From: an uncultured bacterium
GTDB lineage: Bacteria > Babelota > Babeliae > Babelales > JABCYS01
Reading direction: 5' to 3'
Length of the DNA stretch: 64,000 nucleotides
Assembly (NCBI GenBank): GCA_963705705.1
Contig: CAVPKK010000005.1
Span: forward strand, 160,001 to 224,000
Of the stretch, positions 60,991 to 64,000 are shown piece after piece (within the stretch, counting starts at the first letter, position 1; the number at the start of each line of letters is the position of its first letter). A model generated the notes under the pieces. That model searched no databases. It was not told the origin of the DNA and saw only the letters and a program-made list of their open reading frames with translations. Position numbers and translations under genes: made by a program.

Positions 60991-61728
60991 CTACAAAGTT
61001 TGGGCAACATCGTTTTTTATAGTATGGTCAACCCGGCGGGTTAATCCAATATTTCCAAAGAATGAAATGATGCTATTGAGATGCTTTTGCTGCTCAATCA
61101 CATCATGTTCAAAATCATGAGTAACATCTAACGTTAATACCGGTACATCATTAATGTATGGTGCAACATCTTTAGCATGCACCAACCAATCCTCATGCTT
61201 GTGGTGCAATCGTTTTAAATAGTCTAAAGAAATTACTTGCTCGCCGGTTCTGCTACGTTTTGTAATCCGTGCATGACAAACTTCGGGATCAACGCGCAAA
61301 TAAATAAAGCCAGCTGGCTTTTGAGTATATGATTCAACAAGCCAGCCAAACCATTCCTTATATAAATTCCACTCTAATTGAGACATTAATCCCATTTCAT
61401 AGCAGTTGCGAGCAAAACAGTAGCGATCCGCAAATACTGAGCGTTCAATAATGAGGGGAAGATTATTATCATTCTTTGATATGGCTTCTTGTGCAACTAC
61501 GCGGCTCACAAAGGCATAGGTTTGAAACGTGTATGCCCAGCGACTAGTATCGGTATAAAATTTTTCAAGAAGATTCTCTTCGCCATCGCCCACGGCTTGC
61601 CATTTTTTATCCGGCTCAAATACAGGCTGTACAGCGAGATGGTCGGCGATAATACGAAGAAATGTTGATTTTCCGGCACCGATATTGCCTTCAATCATGA
61701 GGCTGGTACGTGGATTTGATAGTTGCAT
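60991..61728 (-). CDS. Deoxynucleoside kinase (dAK/dGK family)
   Basis: IEGNIGAGKST, FQTY, IERS..DR..FA, RSR.GE. Confidence 0.93.
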   Translation of the reverse strand: MQLSNPRTSLMIEGNIGAGKSTFLRIIADHLAVQPVFEPDKKWQAVGDGEENLLEKFYTDTSRWAYTFQTYAFVSRVVAQEAISKNDNNLPLIIERSVFADRYCFARNCYEMGLMSQLEWNLYKEWFGWLVESYTQKPAGFIYLRVDPEVCHARITKRSRTGEQVISLDYLKRLHHKHEDWLVHAKDVAPYINDVPVLTLDVTHDFEHDVIEQQKHLNSIISFFGNIGLTRRVDHTIKNDVAQTL

Positions 61729-61942
61729 GATGGGTGACCTTAAACTTTAAAGTTTAAAACTTAGGGTCTAGGTATGTTATTGCTGACGGCGGCAATTTGC
61801 AAGTTGCTATGGCCTCTTCATGATAAAGGAGATGCAGCGAATTTTGGTGTAAAACCAAGCCAGTCTCACAGAATTTGGATCAAACAGTGGTCAAAATGAA
61901 GACTTTTGCTATAGTACTAGCCCTTAAAATAATCCTTAACCT

Positions 61943-63565
61943 ATGAAATATATGCACTATCGCAAACTTTTTACCTTCATTGGCCTTATATTTGTAGCAG
62001 TAACTATGCATGCTGAAGATGATGTTTCAGTACTTTTTACTGATGATGATGATTTGCCAATGTCTGGACTCGGCAAAGACCCAGTTCGTGAGGGCTCCTG
62101 CCCATTTGCTTCCATCGTAGTACCTGTTTTGGCTGAAAGTGGGGCTATCGAAATATTTAAGCAAAATATCTATGTGGGAACGGCTCCGTTCGCGGTTCGC
62201 GATGTACTTGATTTTCCTATTTGGCAAACGCCGCTTCCATCCATTAATCGTTGGAATTTTTCTGTAGATCCTTTCTATAATAAAACCAACCGCAGTGTAT
62301 TTGCTCCGTGCCTGCCAGATATCTGTGGCGGCATTGGTTTCTGCAACCAAGCCTTATTAGATTCTATTCAAAATGCAGCTAATAATATTATCAATAACCC
62401 TACCTTCTACGAGCTGATCGTCCAATATTTGGGCGGTTCAATCGTGAATTTTTTGAAAAATCACAATATCCATGAGGTAGCCGCCGCTTTTGCACCGGCC
62501 ACTATCGAACAAAGACGGGCAGGCGCATTGTTTTCAATCACCGAAAACCGTGACCGCTGGATTGGCGATATTCGAATTCCGCTCTATTGGTTTGAGCGCA
62601 ATATTTTTATTGATGATGCTGATAGAAAAAAGATTGAAGCCATTTTCCCGAAATCGGATGCGCTGAGCGAGGCCGACGCTGAAACGTTTGCGCGGCAACA
62701 TTTGGTAGCTGATAAATTTGGTATTGGTGATCTTCGTTTCACCCTTGCATACCAGCTTATTGATAAGCAAAAGGCCAAGCTAAATCTTGCGGGATTCTTT
62801 ACGGCACCCACAGCTGCCGCATTTCAGCGAGGGATTGTCGGATCGTCATTTGCCTGTGTGCCAGAGCCAGATTTGGATTTGTGTGAACTATTGAATCATG
62901 TCCAAGAAATAAAGGCTAAAACTCAAGCTCTCGGTATTGCCTTTATCGATAGATTCTCGGCGATATTTATGGAAGAGGAGCTTGGCAGTGGAAAGCATTG
63001 GGGCTTGGGTAGTTTCATTGAACCGATAGTAGATTTTAATGATAATGTACATTGGCATGCACGGCTTTTTGCTCAATATTACTTTTCAAATTCTCGAAAG
63101 CGCTATTTTGCTAAAGCTGCCGATATTAATGCATTCAATGCCCACGACTTTTTCAGTACGAATCTTGAGCAGGCTGCCGAGAACCTTATGTTTATAAGCA
63201 AGCGCATCGAAGAAATGTTATTCCCTCAGCAACTTCTGGTCCATGTTCGACCAGGAGCAGTTTGGATGCTCTTAAATGAGTTCATGTTTAATTTTGACCA
63301 TTGGGATGCTTCCATCGGTGTTGATTGGTACCACAAAGGATCTGAGCACCTTGCAATCCCTACATTGCCCGATGATAAGTTATTTATGGTTCAGGAAGCT
63401 ACGCGTGGCGCAGCTGAGGAAATAAAGCTCTTGGGCGGTCTGGGATATACCTTTAGAACTGCTTCTGCTGATTGGTATGTTGGCATGAAAGGTGACGGTA
63501 CCGTCTATAATAGAAATATTGGCAAAGATTGGACGATTGCTCTATCATTAGGTATAAGCTGGTAG
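61943..63565 (+). CDS. Hypothetical secreted, probable outer-membrane beta-barrel protein
   Basis: Signal peptide ending MHA-E; alternating C-terminal strand LSLGISW. Confidence 0.65.
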   Translation: MKYMHYRKLFTFIGLIFVAVTMHAEDDVSVLFTDDDDLPMSGLGKDPVREGSCPFASIVVPVLAESGAIEIFKQNIYVGTAPFAVRDVLDFPIWQTPLPSINRWNFSVDPFYNKTNRSVFAPCLPDICGGIGFCNQALLDSIQNAANNIINNPTFYELIVQYLGGSIVNFLKNHNIHEVAAAFAPATIEQRRAGALFSITENRDRWIGDIRIPLYWFERNIFIDDADRKKIEAIFPKSDALSEADAETFARQHLVADKFGIGDLRFTLAYQLIDKQKAKLNLAGFFTAPTAAAFQRGIVGSSFACVPEPDLDLCELLNHVQEIKAKTQALGIAFIDRFSAIFMEEELGSGKHWGLGSFIEPIVDFNDNVHWHARLFAQYYFSNSRKRYFAKAADINAFNAHDFFSTNLEQAAENLMFISKRIEEMLFPQQLLVHVRPGAVWMLLNEFMFNFDHWDASIGVDWYHKGSEHLAIPTLPDDKLFMVQEATRGAAEEIKLLGGLGYTFRTASADWYVGMKGDGTVYNRNIGKDWTIALSLGISW

Positions 63566-63602
63566 CTCAAAAATTCTGAGTTATCAAAAGAATGAGAGTA
63601 AC

Positions 63603-63637
63603 CCGCTCGTCCTGAGCCTGTCGAAGGATACGAGTGG
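63603..63637 (+). repeat. Family-A palindromic element, intergenic
   Basis: CCGCTCGTCCTGAG-CCTGT-CGAAGGATACGAGTGG. Confidence 0.9.
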
Positions 63638-63669
63638 CAAGGCAGAAATCGCAGGCTACGGAATACAAT

Positions 63670-64000
63670 ATGATACTGTACCTAATAGCGCTTATGGCAT
63701 TGGCGGGTAACATTACACTTAATGGTGCGCCAGCCCAACCAAAAGAAAAAGAAGCTTTCTTTAAAAATCCGTTAATTCATACACTAGATGCCCCGCGATT
63801 TGGCGGTACCACAATCGGTATCGATGGCCCAACCATCCATGATATGCTGTGGCTCATAAAAGAGATGAAAATAATGGTGCAAGGCACCGCCGAGCGTAAT
63901 AGCCAAATGGTCAGAAAATATCAGTTTGAGGGTAAGAGTTATACCTTAGGCGAGCTGGTGAAAATTGAGTCAGATTTCACGCCGGCACAGCGCCAAGCTT
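63670..64000 (+). CDS. Hypothetical secreted protein, truncated by the window end
   Basis: MILYLIALMALAGNITLNGA...; frame is open to the end of the window. Confidence 0.6.
   Translation, partial: MILYLIALMALAGNITLNGAPAQPKEKEAFFKNPLIHTLDAPRFGGTTIGIDGPTIHDMLWLIKEMKIMVQGTAERNSQMVRKYQFEGKSYTLGELVKIESDFTPAQRQA

Overview
A 64-kb bacterial chromosomal segment read with the standard code 11 (TGA is used as a true stop in several genes). Gene content and style suggest Candidatus Dependentiae (TM6/Babelota), intracellular parasites of protists; this is inference, not a database result. The supporting features are signal-peptide-bearing eukaryote-like proteins, Cys-rich beta-helix paralogs, MutS-ATPase-only paralogs and a split atp operon. 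The window holds three interrupted beta-helix paralogs, five tRNAs, carbon metabolism genes (zwf, gnd, glk, ppsA), a GMC oxidoreductase, a Cache/porin/hemerythrin operon, cysS, trxA, two MutS-like genes, a surface polysaccharide cluster (wecB, wecC, manC, gmd, fcl, glycosyltransferases), DipZ, a DUF4160/DUF2442 pair and atpE-F'-F-H-A. Four signals stand out. (1) At least three families of short palindromic REP-like elements, built from ssDNA-stabilising motifs (tandem G.A pairs, GNA triloops), nest into each other. The main family is strand-biased, and copies sit in frame inside wecC, an oxidoreductase, fcl, a glycosyltransferase and the ATP synthase b' gene. (2) A free-standing intein-type LAGLIDADG endonuclease domain is fused to a signal peptide. 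(3) Several putatively secreted eukaryote-like enzymes are present (DOT1-like methyltransferase, macrodomain, PP2C). (4) An output-less four-Cache-domain protein is paired with a DcaP-like porin. Several single-base frameshifts may be assembly errors.
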